From: Oikopleura dioica
Taxonomy: Eukaryota; Animalia; Chordata
Length of the DNA stretch: 64,000 bases
Assembly: GCA_907165135.1 (NCBI GenBank)
Contig: OU015567.1
Location: 8,680,001 to 8,744,000 of the forward strand
Direction: 5' to 3'
Shown: positions 1 to 11,051 of the stretch, one piece after another
How the letters are laid out: each line of letters begins with the position of its first letter
How positions within the stretch are numbered: the first letter of the stretch is position 1
Notes under the pieces: model-generated
The model's input: only the letters and a program-made list of their open reading frames with translations
Database searches by the model: none
Told to the model about the DNA's origin: nothing
Translations under genes and position numbers: made by a program

Positions 1-2008
1 TACTCGACTTTGAACAATTTACGACGGCTAGTCTTACCCTTGAGCTCTACGATGTAATCTTCTATGTCATTATCCTCTATAAAAAGGACAATTTTATACA
101 TTTTTTCATTGCAAAAAATGTCGACTGAGCGATGAGTATATAAAAAAGTATATTGGTGGAGATGGCTTTGAGCTTGAAAAAAGGGGGGACTACCTTTTAG
201 AATTTCGATGCTTCGATTGAAATCGCGCTCGGATTGGAGCGCTAGAAGTGAAGTTCGCCGTCCCCGGGGAGTTGGGCCATTTCTTATGGATAGATGCAAA
301 ATTCAATTCGAGGGAAAATCAAGGAAGAGAGAATTTTTGATCAATTTTTTTTTCAAGTAAATAAGAGATTGAATTTTACGTTCTCAAATATTTGCGAAAG
401 TGCTTAAAACCAGAGTCCAATACTAGGGTAGACGGGCTGGTCAGAATCTCAAGATAAAAAATATGTGTAAAAATGACTTTCTCAATTGCTTTTCGACCGT
501 TGCTCCTTCTGCCTGTCAAAAAATGTACTCTTCCATGATTTCAAAAATTTTTTCAAAGATTTTTTGCTGCATCGTTCCTGTTTTGAGAAGATCTAGGGAC
601 GGGTCGAGGAGGTCTGAATTCTGCTTCTTTTCCCATCTCTTCGAATCTCTTGTTGTTTTTTATCTCTCTTGAGGTGTGTTTTTTACAGCTGATTTCCGAT
701 TTCCGACTTTGTCATTTTCCTGTTTTCTTAAGAATTCATTTTCAGAGCATTATAAAAAAATAACGCTTATAAAAGCAAGCTTCTGTTAAACAAAATTCAT
801 TGTGTTATTCAGCGCGCAGTGGAAGTGAGCAGCTAGTCTCTTCTCTTTTGTCTCTTTTTGGAAAAAATATGGAATGAATTTTTGTCAAAAAAATCACTCT
901 CACAGCGGCACACAATGGTCCCCCCGGATGGACACTACTATCTGCGCTCCCAAAAAAATCTGCTTCTGAAAGAATTTTTTACCCGCGCTCAGCAAATTCC
1001 AAGACACTCGGATATTTGCACAAAGTAGTCCGTCAGGGGGATAAGCTAGAGATTAAGTAAATAGTAAAAATTATGATAGTGATTGTTGAGACAAGATTGA
1101 GGCAATTTGTGGGGAATTATCGTTCTGAATTGGTACAACGGGTTCTAAGGGGTTAGGGTTAGGACAAGGCCTGGTGCAGCACTTGTGGCGCTAGAATTAG
1201 GCGCTTGTTAGGGGTTAAGTTAGGTAAAAGAATGGGTTAGGCCCTAACCGTTAGGGTTAGGAAAGAATTTGAAAAGGTATTTTTTTTTTATTTTCGGAAG
1301 TTGACCGACATGAAACGTGGTTTCAAAGTTAACTAAACATGAAATCTTAAAATTAAAAAAAATATGTCAAATAATAAAACCGTATTTTTAAAAATTGACT
1401 CTTCCTCAAAATTAAGCCACGATGATAGACAGAATTGATGGTTTTACAGTTGATTTACGACTGTGTTTGAGCGAATGACTTTTTCCTGCTGCGCAAACTG
1501 CGGATTAAAACTTCCAATTCTAACAGATTTTGGTTGTTGAAGTGTATCGATTTCGCGGGTCGTAGAAATCTCAAATATTTTTTCTCCGTAAGTATGTTTG
1601 ACTAATCTCTTGAATGCTCTAAGCGCGGGAGAGAGAAAAAAACGAAGAGAAAATAAGAAGATGAAATTGGTGACTTTGCTGTGCTCAAATAAATGGCTTA
1701 ACTCTCAAAATCGACAAGATTTCGTTGCTCCGACGACGAGGACTAAAACTACTGCTCGCGCAAACATCATTTCGCGAACTTTCTTTACAGACAATTACCC
1801 CAAAAGCCTCTGTTTTTCGAAAACTTGGAGAAATTAGAATACTGCGAGGCATTTAACCACCAAAAAAGATTTAATAAATCATCAATTCCAAGGCGAATTT
1901 TTCGTAAAACATGAAATTACGATCGTTTGATTTTTAGAGCTATCTTAGATAGCCTATCTACAATACCCTTATTCATGAAAAGAATCGAGTTTTGCGTCAA
2001 TTTATTGT

Positions 2009-4410
2009 CTACCGGCTTTTCGAATTGCTGAAATTATGAGTAGAAAATGCAAAAGTGGCCGGATGCGATTGACGGGGCACGCCAAGGAAATTCTGATAAG
2101 GTGACTGTAAAACTTCATGAAATGCGGTCTTCTGTGCACTGATTAATTTGCCAGTATCATCAGCAAATAGAACGTCCGTCAATAGATTGCCAGAGTTGGT
2201 CATGAGTTTAATCATATATTTATTTGAATATTGATAGAAGATTTTTAGGGAGCAGTCGCAAAGATGAATCGTTTTTGTTTTCTTTTTTCGTTTCCCTTGA
2301 TGTGGCGGATCAAAACTTCGTCGCCAATTTTCGGCGCTGTTCTCAGGTTGTATCCTTTTTGAACTTCGACGATTATTGTTTGACAGGGAATGCCGGCGAA
2401 ACAAGGAGTAACTTCCACTTCTTTTATCTTCCATCGAAATTCTTGCCCTTTATTCAAATTGAAAACAACGACGAGTTTGACGTTTTCATGAATTTCTCCC
2501 CGAGCCCAGCCGATATCGCCACTTTTCTTGTGCTTGACCAGAACTCCGTCTTTTTTGCCGATTTGACTTACCACAAAAAGAGAGTTAACGAGTTTACAGT
2601 GTATTCTCAACGGAACATCTTCCAATACAACTTTCTAAAGATCGCATTCATCATCAAATTTAGAGGAGATTTGACTCACATTTTCCTCGAAGTCAACAAA
2701 TGGCTTTGCTGTTACCTCCACCAAGAAATCTTCTGGAGGCATCTCAAGCATCAGTTCACTCGGAAATTTGTGCCAAGGGATAAGGTCATGCTCAAGTAGG
2801 CCTCGAAGCTCACGTGGTCGGACGATTCGGATTCCAAGTTCAGAAAGTGGAAGGCAGACAACTTCTGGCCTTAGGGTCAGGTCTACTCCTCCTTCAATCA
2901 TATCAAGAGGGATTTTTTCTTCAATTACTTCAGTTGCTTTTATTGTACTATCGGATGCGCCAGTAGATGGCTCTTCTTCAGCTGAGGTTCAATATAACTC
3001 AATCAATTATATATTCTAGTATTATTTAACCCGTTAACGGGCTCGTGGAGATCTAATCTCCACGGCGCCTTTGAAGCGCTATAAAATAGACGCGTCTGAT
3101 TATTTTTTGAAAATTTTTTCATTTCTGAAAAATTCAATCGATTCTCTATCCGCTCGTATAATTTTGAAAAATTTTTCGCGTGAAATTCTGCTCAGGAGAA
3201 GCAAAAGAAAAACTTCAGTCAGCGAAAAAAAGGGAAAGAGTAATGCAACTCGTGCGCCTTTTCCCTTTTGTTGAATCTCAGCGCCGAAAATGACGTAACT
3301 TTGACCCCGATTTTTAGCCATTAGACGATCAAGAATAGAAACAAAACAACAATCAGATGAAAGAGCAGACGCTTCTGAATCATGCTGTTTCCTTAGAATT
3401 TGCTAAGATGAGCCCTATTTCACAGAAATCGTCAAAACGTCCGTGGAGATTAGATCTCCACGCGCCTGTTAACGTATAAAATCGCGCGCCCAGTTAACGG
3501 GTTAAAGAACCAGACCTAGGTAAGTCTGTAGAGAGATTTTCGGGGAGTCATGTCTTCTTTGACCGGAAATTATAGGGCCGTAATTGTTGTAGTAAACTTG
3601 ATGTGGTCGATGACTTTTCTTCCTATTTCTTGCTTCATCTTTATAATAACTAGTGTTTCCAGATTCACGAGCTCTCATTTCTTTCTGATTCGGAAGAGCA
3701 TAAGATGTTACAAACTGCACCTTCAGTGACATGTCTTTGTATCGATGGAGGAAGACCTTCAAATCATCTGCTTCCTTCATGTTGTCGAATCGCGCAAAGA
3801 AAGTGCATTTTTTATTTTCTTTTTGAAACCTCGGCTTGTGAATTCCCTGTAAATTTATTTATAAAAATAGAATCTTCAATGAAGTCGCTTACACTCCATG
3901 AAGAATAGTGCCGCAAAAAAGCATTTTGTAGTGTTTCCTGGGAGCAAAATCCAAGCGACGTTATTAAGATCGTCCAGGGCGGGCCTGATTGCTCCCATTT
4001 TGCCTTCGAAGAATCTTCGGATATCTGGTTCGAGTACGGGATCACATCGTTTGAGCCTTCTAGGAATGAACTGCTGGGCTAATGAAGGATAGAGAATATA
4101 ACCAGAGCTGTTGTAGAAATAGATTCGGTTTCTATCCGATCTTAGGAGCAGCGAAAAGAATTCGCTGGCTCAGACATTGTCGAGAAACAACATGAATGTG
4201 CTCACTGTATTTTTTCTCCAGGAGTGTTTGAACATCTCTATATCCCTCAAGATCCAGCCCTTTTTTGGTTCTTTCTTTGAAATGAAATAAAAAGCCGACG
4301 TTGAACCACTTTCCTGTGCAATAAGTATCTCTGAATTCAAACTCAATATTGTTCAGCGCTATGCCTCCTTCTGATGTAAAAATCAAAGCAATAAGCTCTT
4401 CGTTTGCCAT
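2009..4410 (-). CDS. Uncharacterised multi-exon protein, possibly with degenerate Tudor-like segments
   Basis: Minus-strand ORF blocks 4132-4410, 3812-4045, 3502-3780, 2635-2990, 2245-2625 and 2009-2200. Two joins were checked as in-frame GT-AG introns: 2635-2679 (GTGAGT...TTTAG) and 2982-3515. No confident family assignment. Confidence 0.55.
3030..3501. mobile_element. piggyBac-type MITE (472 bp) in an intron
   Basis: TTAA at 3026-3029 and 3502-3505 flank the termini CCCGTTAAC...GTTAACGGG. Subterminal inverted hairpins CGTGGAGATCTAATCTCCACG and CGTGGAGATTAGATCTCCACG. TTAA|CCC...GGG|TTAA is the piggyBac signature. No transposase ORF. Confidence 0.85.
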
Positions 4411-4576
4411 TTCTCAAAATAAAGCTCAAATCGAAAACCGGGCCGTTCATTCACACGGCTTTATCATTCACGATCTAAATGAGAAGATGCGTCATTTAGA
4501 TGTTCTTTCTTGATATCAAAGCTGATCTTATAAAAATGACATATTTATTGCACAAAACAATTTTAGCAGTGTAAAT

Positions 4577-5644
4577 TTAAACGCGCCCAGTTTTGAACGA
4601 GATTTTCAAATTCTTGCCTCCATATCTTGTGAGTATCAGATAAATGAACAAATAGAATCCAAGAACAAAGAAAGCCACAAGAACACAGACAATAAAGCAG
4701 TTGCCGGACTCGTCCCGTTCGTAACCATCATCGACACCCATTTGCATTCGTAGAGCCAGACGTTCGTCTTCGTCGAGATCTTTTGGGTCGATTTTTTCGT
4801 CTCCTGAATTTAGAATACTTAGACTTATCATTAGGCTTTAATCTACTGTAATTTCGACAGCACTCATCCAATTTATATCTTTTCATAGGTAGCTTTGTTA
4901 TTTTATAATATTTATAAAAGACTTCCTATCAGGAAAAAGAAAAGGTACAAAATGAAGCTATGAAGCATTTGCTCAAAAAATGAAGTTTCTTTTTTTGATT
5001 TTATGTTCCCGATCAAAGGGTCAAAACATTCTAGAGAGCTGTTTGGAAGATAGTAAAGACTGTTCATTTTATACAGTAAATTTATGAGTGAATTTAGCTC
5101 GAACATACCTGACGAGTCCCCTTCAAAGATTTCTTGAACCATCTCCCTCAACTCTTCATCAATTTCAATCGGCTTCGCGCACTTTCTTATCCTGTGATTA
5201 CCCAGACAATTAAAGCACTTATCAAATCGTGTTCCAATTTTCTTCTTCAGTTGCAAGTGTCGTTCTTTCGTAAAGAAAAGCTCATTGTATTGTCCTCCTC
5301 GAACATTGTCAATTCCAAAGTCGAGCATGTACGAAAAGATCACTTCTTCAAGATCATCGAGGGATCCAGCGCAGGATTTTTCAATGATGAAGGATTGTGG
5401 CTTGTAGCGTTGAGTGAAGATACAGTCAGCTCGACCAGAAACATGTTCGTCAAAGACAGCCTCGGCTTCCTATAGTTTTGGTTAGTTCAAATGATCATAC
5501 AATAACTAGAAATGCAAGGGATTTATGAAATTTCAAAAGTCTTGAGGTTGATAAGCAGTTTTCATTCTTGAAAATAATACTAACCTTATTAGTTCTTTGA
5601 ACCAGAAATCGATCTTTTTCCAATTCTAGCACAAGAATAATCAT
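4577..5644 (-). CDS. Divergent GIY-YIG-like domain, CCHC-like zinc knuckle and C-terminal transmembrane helix
   Basis: Exon 1 (5585-5644, MIILVLELEKDRFLVQRTNK) joins through a GT-AG intron (5470-5584) to EAEAVFDEHVSGRADCIFTQRYKPQSF...YMLDFGIDNVRGGQY...DKCFNCLGNHRIRKC. The last exon (4577-4831 frame) has the hydrophobic stretch FIVCVLVAFFVLGFYLFIYLIL. Confidence 0.65.
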
Positions 5645-5941
5645 TTTTTCGCAATTTTCTTGTTTCAAATCATCAATTCTTTGAAACTTTTCTTCTCCCC
5701 AATTTTCAATTCGGAATCTTCATTTGCCGCTCATCCCTCTCTTCATTTTCTCAAATCGATTTTCCTTGAGTGAACTGGCTACGTGTATTTTTCACCATGA
5801 CGCGGCGGCTTTTCTCCGCGCCGATTGGCGGAGAGCGCAACAATGTCTGATTATGGATTTTAGAGAGAAAATGTGAGAAATCTTGTTTACTGAAAAAACG
5901 ACCTGCGAAAATGAATAGAATAGAGAATTTTGTGTTTCAGA

Positions 5942-7260
5942 ATGAAGGAAAAATACCGACCGGGAATTTACGTGGGCGTTGAGACTGGAATGCTCAAGGA
6001 AAGGCTTTAGTTTTATTTACTAGTAAAATAATTACAGTCATTTTCGACCAAAAATAACCTTATAATAGACCGTCGAACTTGGCCGAAGAACAGCAACAAA
6101 CCACTTTGGCCCAAATGAATTGCAAGCTGACCAATGTGTTCAAGAAATCGCCTTTGCTAGAGAAAGAAAAGTTCTTGTCGCGATGAAAAATGGCGAAGCG
6201 AAGCTTTTCGATACCGAAAAATCCGAATTCGACTACCCAAAAAAGCTGCTGGATGACGAACAAGAATGGGCAGGATTGGGGCTTTTGGAAGACGCAATTA
6301 TTGGAGCCACGGGCAATGCGGTCGTGAAGGTTTGGGAGAAAAAGGAATTTGAGGAGAGCAGTGAAGAGAAAATTGCGCCGAAAGCGGAACAGACGATCAA
6401 GTCGGCGGGGAAAGTTAGAGCTGGAAAAGTGAGAAGAAAGACAATGGTCATCGGTGGGGAAAGCACGCAATTGCAGATGGTGGATTTGGAGAATTTAGAC
6501 AAGGTAATCTTTTTACTTTTCTTAGTCCCGAAAGCCTATCAATTTTTGCCAAATCTGAAGCTTATTCTAGGGCGTCGTTTGGTCAGCAAAAAATGTCCGT
6601 CCCGACAAACTGCAGCTGCACATTCCGATCAATTTTCCAGCAATCGCCCTTCCCGAAAAGACCGAAACAATCGCATGCACTTCCTACGGCTCGTTGACGA
6701 ACCAAGCTCACGAACTGCGAATTTACGATCCTCGACAAGTCCAGCGTCGACCTATCAAACGAATCGAATGGGGAACGTATCCGATCACTTCTTTGCTTTC
6801 CATGGACGAAGAGGGGCAAAAATATGTGGTTGGAACGGCGCGAGGGAAAATTGCACTTTTCGATATTAGATTTGACAAGAAGTTTTTGTCTTTCAAGGGC
6901 GCTGCAGGTTCGAAAATCTTTTATTTATAAAAGCCCATGAAAATTTCAAGGAAGCATACGAAGCATGGCCCAGCATCCAGACAAAGAAAATATATTTTGT
7001 GCAGTTGGATTGGACAGATTTCTACATATTTATGATGCAAAAATTAAGAAGAAAATTCACAAGGTAGGAACTATTTTCTTTTTTTTTTGATTGAGAGAGG
7101 TCTGAAGGTTTATCTGAAATCTCCATTAAATCGAGTGCTGATCGAAAAAGGCGCAAAGATCGAAAAAGACACGGAAGAAGAAAAAGAGGAAGAAGAAGAG
7201 CGTGAAGCTGAGAGTGAGACTTGGAACGAAATGGACAATCTTGAATCTGTCGAAGATTAA
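5942..7260 (+). CDS. WDR74: WD repeat protein 74 (Nsa1 homologue, 60S biogenesis)
   Basis: Spliced product has GIYVGVETGMLK, VVWSAKNVRPDKLQLHIPI, LRIYDPRQVQRRPI, FKGAAGSIRS, AVGLDRFLHIYD, VYLKSPLN and an acidic tail, matching the WDR74 motif order. Confidence 0.88.
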
Positions 7261-7298
7261 ATAACTTATGAAATTATTGATGGGGTCTCGTTTTTAGA

Positions 7299-9098
7299 AT
7301 GAAATTGTTAAGTTTATTATCGGTACTAGAAGTCGCCCTCGCTGGTCGAGAGAACTGCTACAAATATTTAGGTGTCAGTAAATCGGAAACCACCAAAAAG
7401 ATCAAGTCTGCTTACAGGTAATCCCTAGTACCAGGGTGGAACGTTGGGGCAAAAAAATTGAATTTGGCCGCCCGATTGCCCGCCCGATTAAAATTTTCTT
7501 TGTCGGCGCCGCCCGATTGCCGCCCGACTTTTTGCCCGCCCGATTTGCCCGGGCGCCGACTTTTGCCCGGAAATTTCGGCAACCCCCAAACCAAAAAATA
7601 TGTAAATTTATTGAAGAAAAAGGATTATTTTGTATCCCGAAGGAAGAAGGGCACTCATGGAGAACCGAAACCGGACGTTTTAAATAAAATTCCAGTATTT
7701 ATGTCCCTTTAGATGCCATTTTTTCTTCTGGGCGCCGACTTTTTTCCCGGGCGCCGATTTTTGCCCGATTGCCCGACTTTGCCCGATTTTTACCTCGTAA
7801 AATCGAGCCTTGCGCCGCCCGATTTGCCCGCCCGCCCGATTTTTTGCCCGGTACGCCCGACTTACCCGGTCCCAACGTTCCACCCTGCTAGTACCTCAAT
7901 CAGAGTCGAATTTATTTAGAAAACTTGCCGCAAAAATGCATCCAGATAAAAACCAAGACGACCCTTCAGCCAACGAAAAGTTTCAAGATTTAGCTTGGTG
8001 CCACGATGTTTTATCGGACGAAAAGAAGAGGAAAAAATACGATAGAGGTGGAGAAAAAGCTATTAATGAGGATAATGGAGCGTGAGTAGGGCTTTCGAAT
8101 GAATGAGAAATTGATTTGTTTTTTTCAGTGAAGATTTTGATGGGGGAATGTTTGGAGGCATGTTTGGCGGCATGTTCGGTGGAATGTTTGGCGGACAGCA
8201 ACGAGAAGAGCATAGAAAGGTAAAAATGAAGGAAGAATACTGATTCTAGCATTGTCTTTCAGGGAGATCTAGTTGTTGTTCCTCTGATCGTCACTCTTGA
8301 AGAGCTCTACAACGGTGCAATCATCGACATGACCAGAACAAAACGCTCGTATCGGGAAGCTCCTGGCCAGAGAGACTGTAACTGCCGGTAAATTTCTCCC
8401 CCTACGTATCAATTTCTCAACCTTTTTAGCGTCGAAATGCGACAGAAAAGAATGGGCATGGGCCAGTTCCAAATCTTCCAAGAGCAAGTGTGTGACAAGT
8501 GTCCGAATATGAAGCTGATTTCTGACGATGAAGATCTCGAAATCGAGATTGAACGAGGCATGGATCACGGTCACTCGATCGAGTATTTCGGAGAAGGAGA
8601 ACCCAAACTCGATGGCGAGCCTGGAGATCTTCAAGTTATCCTTAGGTAGGAATAAAATTAAAAAGAGATGGATTTAACAGAAATATGAAGATTGGTCAAT
8701 CATCCGCTCTTCGAGAGAAAAGGCCACGATCTCTACACAAACTTGACGATATCATTGGAAGACGCTCTTACCGGCTTCGAGACGACTATCAAGCATCTAG
8801 ATGGCCACATCGTCCCGGTCAAACGATCCGACATCACCTGGGCTGGCTTCAAAATGCGAATCAAAAACGAAGGAATGCCTGTTCTTGAAGACAACACCAA
8901 GGTACAAAATGAAACTCTTTCTTCATTCCAAACAATTTTCAATTTCAGTTCGGTTCGTTGATCGTGACGATCGACGTTGCCTTCCCAAAGAAGCAGCTTT
9001 CCGAAGAACAGAAAAAAGTCATTTCCGAAATTCTGAGCCAAAGTGACGTTCAGCCCGATTTCTACAATGGCATCAAATACCCAAAGAAACGCCTGTAA
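7299..9098 (+). CDS. DNAJB11: ER DnaJ co-chaperone, DNAJB11/ERdj3-like (copy a)
   Basis: Signal peptide [17 protein letters not shown]-domain with HPD ([17 protein letters not shown]), G/F region, CNCR...[27 protein letters not shown]-terminal FYNG. Confidence 0.88.
7432..7887. mobile_element. Non-autonomous TIR element (MITE, 456 bp, 7-bp TSD) in DNAJB11a intron 1
   Basis: Perfect 17-bp TIRs CAGGGTGGAACGTTGGG / CCCAACGTTCCACCCTG. Direct repeat CTAGTAC at 7425-7431 and 7888-7894. Arrays of GCCCGATT-like subterminal motifs surround an AT-rich core. Confidence 0.88.
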
Positions 9099-9463
9099 AT
9101 CGCATTCTTGAGCGCTAAAGCAGTATTCCAAAAAAAGATAACTTTGCCTTTGAAATTTCTGTAGATTACCGTATTGAACCGTACATTCGATTACCAGAAA
9201 AACCGATTTTTTCTCTGTTAGCTTCTGTTTTCGGCGATTTGTACCTCAAAGATCAATATTTAGATTCTAAAATTTAGAATTATTCTATTTTTCGTTATGT
9301 TTAAAAATGTGTGATCCTCCTAACTGTGCAATATAATTATTATTAGTAACGATATTCTTTTATTTCAATTCATCACACAGCCTTATAAATATACGCTCTA
9401 CTATGAGCACTTCCCAGAAATCCTTCTTCTCATCCCTTTTTTCAGCATTATTTTTTATGAAAA

Positions 9464-11011
9464 ATGAAAACGCCTGTCGCAGTCTTCCGGCAGGCCCTAA
9501 TATCGCGCTTGGGAATAATTGCAATTGGCACGGTCTTTAACTTACTGATACCAGACCACAAGCCGGATGCATTCAAACTTGGAGCTTCTCCGCAAAAAAT
9601 CGGCGATTATATTATTGAGTTCTTTCTCGGCAGTTTCGGCAGATGGGATTCGCAACATTTTATTCATATTGCAGTGAATGGGTACTCTCAAGGGCAGGTT
9701 CTTTTAGCTTTTGATAAGCTCGGGTGGTCTTATTTTCAGCAATAATTCGTTATTCATGTCTTTTTGAACCAAAGACAGTAGAGAACTTTGCCTTCTTTCC
9801 TCTGTTTCCGATGATGATTCGAACCATCGCCGGTGTCGTCCTCCTCCCCCTCTCAGGCCTGATTTCCGAGTACTACAGAGCTCTCCTCGCTGGCTGTTTT
9901 CTCAGCAACTTGTGTTTCTGTTTCTCTGCTGTGGTCCTCCACCGGCTTTGGATGCGCCTCACCCAGAAAATGCCCAGCTCATCGTTCATCATCGCCCTCG
10001 CCGTCATCAACCCAGCGACGGTTTTCTTCGTCAGTTGTTACACAGAATCTTTATTCTTCGCCGCCACGCTAATGGGCATCTATCTTCTTTGCATGGAAAC
10101 TCCGAAGCCCTGGCTTGCTGCTGTTTCTTTTTCATTCGCTTCGGCTTTTCGTTCGAATGGAATTTTAAACGCTGGATATATTGCTCACTTTGGACTTTAC
10201 CAAATTATGAAAGAATGCGCCCAAATGCCCCAGCGACCAGAATCTCAGCTTAGTTTCCTAAGTGAGTAATTAAAACTCCTTCAATCTGATGATGAAGTTT
10301 TTTTCAGTTTTACGAATGCTAGTAGAAACAGGTCTACAAGTATTTTTGGTGATTTCCCCATTCGTTATTTTCAACATCTATGGATGGTTCCATTATTGCC
10401 ACTCGGCTCATTTCTGCGAACTCTTCAAAATGACCGACTGTCCAGAATTAAGCTCCCCAGACTTCTGCAACTGGGACTACCCAATAATCTACAGCTACGT
10501 CCAGACCCTCTGGGATAACGGATTCTTAAAATACTGGCAACTCAAGAAGATCCCTTTATTTATTCTCGCGACACCTACAGTTTGGTGGTGTCTCAAAGCG
10601 ATTTCGAAGTCGGCCGAGAGATGTGCGTTGTTTGATATTTTCGCCGGGAGATATGCGAAAAGAAACAAGCCGTGGGCTGGCGAGCCGTTTATGATTGCCA
10701 GCTCTTTGCATTTGCTTTACATGGGTGATTATATTTTCTCAATTCATTATTTTACTATTTTTATTAAGTCCTTTTCGGTGTGTTTTTCATGAACGTCGAA
10801 GTCACAACTCGCCTTGTCTGGAGCTCGTCACCATACTGTAAGTCTGTTTACCGATCGCACTTTATGAGTCACGACTTCAGTGTACATCTTCACTTGCCAA
10901 ATCCTCCATTCGCGAATTTCCAATCGCCTCCGTCGAAAATTTCTCTCTTATACATTCCTTTACCTCATTCTTGGCCTTGCTCTTCACTGTAATAACTTTC
11001 CTTGGACATGA
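9464..11011 (+). CDS. PIGV: GPI mannosyltransferase 2
   Basis: RWDSQHFIHIAVNGY, ENFAFFPLFP, YTESLF, FRSNGILN, YSYVQTLWDNGFLKYWQLKKIPLFILA, EVTTRLVWSSSP and C-terminal LHCNNFPWT*. Confidence 0.92.
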
Positions 11012-11051
11012 AAATCAACGGTACAGTCCATTCAATTTAACTATTGTTCAG

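Noticed and set aside
1-720. Possible minus-strand exons running off the window start
   Set aside because: Some exon-like stretches are present (e.g. IEDNDIEDYIVELK followed by GTAAG), but no consistent gene model or family could be supported.
2626-2637. In-frame TAG between two ORFs, suggesting readthrough or a pseudogene
   Set aside because: The stop is the AG acceptor end of a 45-nt GTGAGT...TTTAG intron (2635-2679).
7412-7919. Pro/Arg/Ala-rich ORFs on both strands
   Set aside because: They are translations of MITE subterminal repeats inside an intron.
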